From positions 3,805,924 through 3,869,923 of the forward strand of contig CM082597.2 in NCBI GenBank assembly GCA_040954595.2: a stretch of DNA of 64,000 nucleotides, read 5' to 3'. This DNA is from Balanoglossus misakiensis (taxonomy: Eukaryota; Animalia; Hemichordata). A program made the position numbers and the translations under genes. The notes below the pieces were generated by a model, which was not told the DNA's origin, did not search any database, and worked only from the letters and a program-made list of their open reading frames with translations. Positions 61,916 to 64,000 of this stretch are shown in pieces (position 1 is the stretch's first letter; each line of letters begins with the position of its first letter).

Positions 61916-63079
61916 ATGGCTAGCCCCGCAGTTGCATCTGCCATCAACGAGTTCTCGGCCAACTTCATGAAGTTGTACGAGTCTGGCCAGCTGAAGGCCG
62001 TCGCCGAGCTCCACACAGAGGATTGCAGGATTCTGGCCCCGGGGAAAGAGTTGCATCAAGGGAGAGCATGTAGGTGATGTCTTTGCTGATGCCTTTACAG
62101 ACTGAGTGAATGAGTGAATGATTTTTTTGGTTTGGTTGGTTGGCTGGCTGGCTGGCTGGATGGATTGGTGGACGAGTTGGGATGGGTGTATGTATTTTTG
62201 GTTGGTTGGTTGGTTGTGTGGTTTTGTGGATGGATGGATGAATACATGGAGGGAGCGGGACAGAATGAATGAATGAATGAATGAATGAATGAATGAATGA
62301 ATGAATGAATGAATGAATGAATGAATGAATGAATGAATGAATGAATGAATGAATGAATGAATGAATGAATGAATGAATGAATGAATGAATGAATGAACGA
62401 ACGAACGAACGAACGAACGAATAATTATGGGTGCATTTTGACCACAAATGCCAAACAAAGAAATAGATCGCCAATCTGTACTTATAGTCAACTCGGCAGT
62501 GCCAACCTGTTTCTCTCAACATCGTAAATACACAGACTAATGTATGTCCCCTAACCTACTGACCTCACGTGATGCAAATATCAGCGAGGTCTCTACCAAA
62601 CACGTGTAGAGTCAGTTAACCATTTACATACAAAATAGAGGGGGTCAAACCAACGTACACAAAGATATCTTCTGAGTTGACACCTGTCAAACAAGATGAC
62701 TTGTTTAAGCTTGCCCCAGCGAAAGATATTTAAGCAGTCTATCTACACCTTGAACGTAGCGAAATGTGCAAGGTCATAAATCGTCTTGCGTTGGAAAGAT
62801 TGTACTTGGCGTCTAACTGATAATCGATAATCGAACCCTTTCTCTTTATAACCAGTTATTCTGAAAGCCTTAGAAGCCATAAAGTCATCGGGAGTTGCCA
62901 AAATCGTCATCAAATCGGACGAAATCGGCGGTTCTGGCGACGTTGCCTACGAGAGCGGCGAAAGCACTTTCCTCAAGGACGACGGTACCGTCACGGAGAC
63001 CCGGAGGAACCTCGTCGTCTTCAAGAAAGTCGGTGGCGCTTATCTCATGCACAGCGTCTGCTTCAACTACAACAAATAG
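61916..63079 (+). CDS. DUF4440/SnoaL-like protein, copy 11
   Basis: Exons 61916-62069 and 62856-63079. MASPAVASAINEFSANFMKLYESGQLKAVAELHTEDCRILAPGK.. / ..GSGDVAYESGESTFLKDDGTVTETRRNLVVFKKVGGAYLMHSVCFNYNK*. Confidence 0.83.
62262..62421. repeat. (GAAT)n/(GAAC)n microsatellite in the copy 11 intron
   Basis: Direct reading. Confidence 0.97.
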
Positions 63080-64000
63080 GCAGACGCCATGCCAAGCACG
63101 TGACCACAAACAAGATATATGTGCTACTGTATCAATAGAAATGTAGGTTAATGATTGCTTCAGATGCCGAACCGCATTCATGGATGTAATGCTCAAGTAA
63201 CATGAACACCTAAGGGAAGAACCATTAGATTTCTGGGGGGGGGGGTGGAGGATTTGGGTATATCAAGCAATTTTTCTATAGACATCTTACTTCTAAGGCA
63301 TTGCAGAAGAATTCTTTTCTATGTACCATCTACCAGCGACTTTTTTTCCCAAATTCCACCACCACCCCCCGAAAACAAACGTTTCTCTCCTAAGTTACAT
63401 TATATGAATAAAACAATATCACGGCAAGTGCGACCTATGACGTCATTTTAATAATTATGTAAAAAGGAAAGGTACAGTTACACGAGTCACGTGGTGTACA
63501 GGGTGATAAAAATCTTGAAAGGTAATAAAATGTCACTTCAAACTATTAAATACAGGAAATCTGCTATGACAATAAAAATATGGATATGCGTAATATGAAA
63601 CATTTCTTTAATGTAGAGGTATGAAACTGGAAAAGTCTTGTATCGGAGGGGAAATCCTGACAATATCGGAGCAATACATACATACAAGAAACAAGCTGAA
63701 TGCTTTATCTGTCTGTCAAAATGGCGTTGGAGAATTTGATAAGCTGTTCTTGCGGATGCAAAACACTGGGTCACATTAAACAGTGTCCAAATTGGGACAG
63801 GCAAGATATATACAACAGGGCGGATAAAATACTTGATTGGAGGTGAAGATATGTACATTCATCAGGTTACAATTGTTTTAATAGATGATTTTCCTTTCAA
63901 GGCGAGATCTCGTTAATTGCCTTAGCAACAGGGGGAAACAGACCTATGTTTTATACGATGCTTCAAGAATTTACATTCACCAACATAATACCAGATAACA

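Noticed and set aside
44263-63079. Bacterial contamination or operon as the source of the DUF4440 genes
   Set aside because: Every copy has a GT-AG intron at the same position, eukaryotic repeats lie between copies, and the array is physically interleaved with a SNAPC2 fragment.

Overview
Eukaryotic (animal) genomic DNA with GT-AG introns; gene content and sequence style suggest an invertebrate deuterostome, possibly a hemichordate (inference). Positions 1-11839 are a highly homogeneous 88-bp CpG-rich satellite (~134 units). It abuts ~6 diverged copies of the same unit in the opposite orientation, followed by a CTCF-like motif. Four conserved multi-exon genes follow: FSTL1-like (-), MRPL37 (+), GSK3 (-) and SNAPC2-like (+). 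The last 20 kb is a tandem array of 11 two-exon genes encoding ~125-130 aa NTF2/SnoaL-like (DUF4440/YybH-type) proteins. These keep a common scaffold, vary at putative pocket positions, and several carry DR5-type nuclear-receptor elements just upstream; this array is the best candidate for an undescribed system. Several MITEs, minisatellites and microsatellites are also present. Exon boundaries were read by eye, and protein identities come from recalled motifs, not from database searches.
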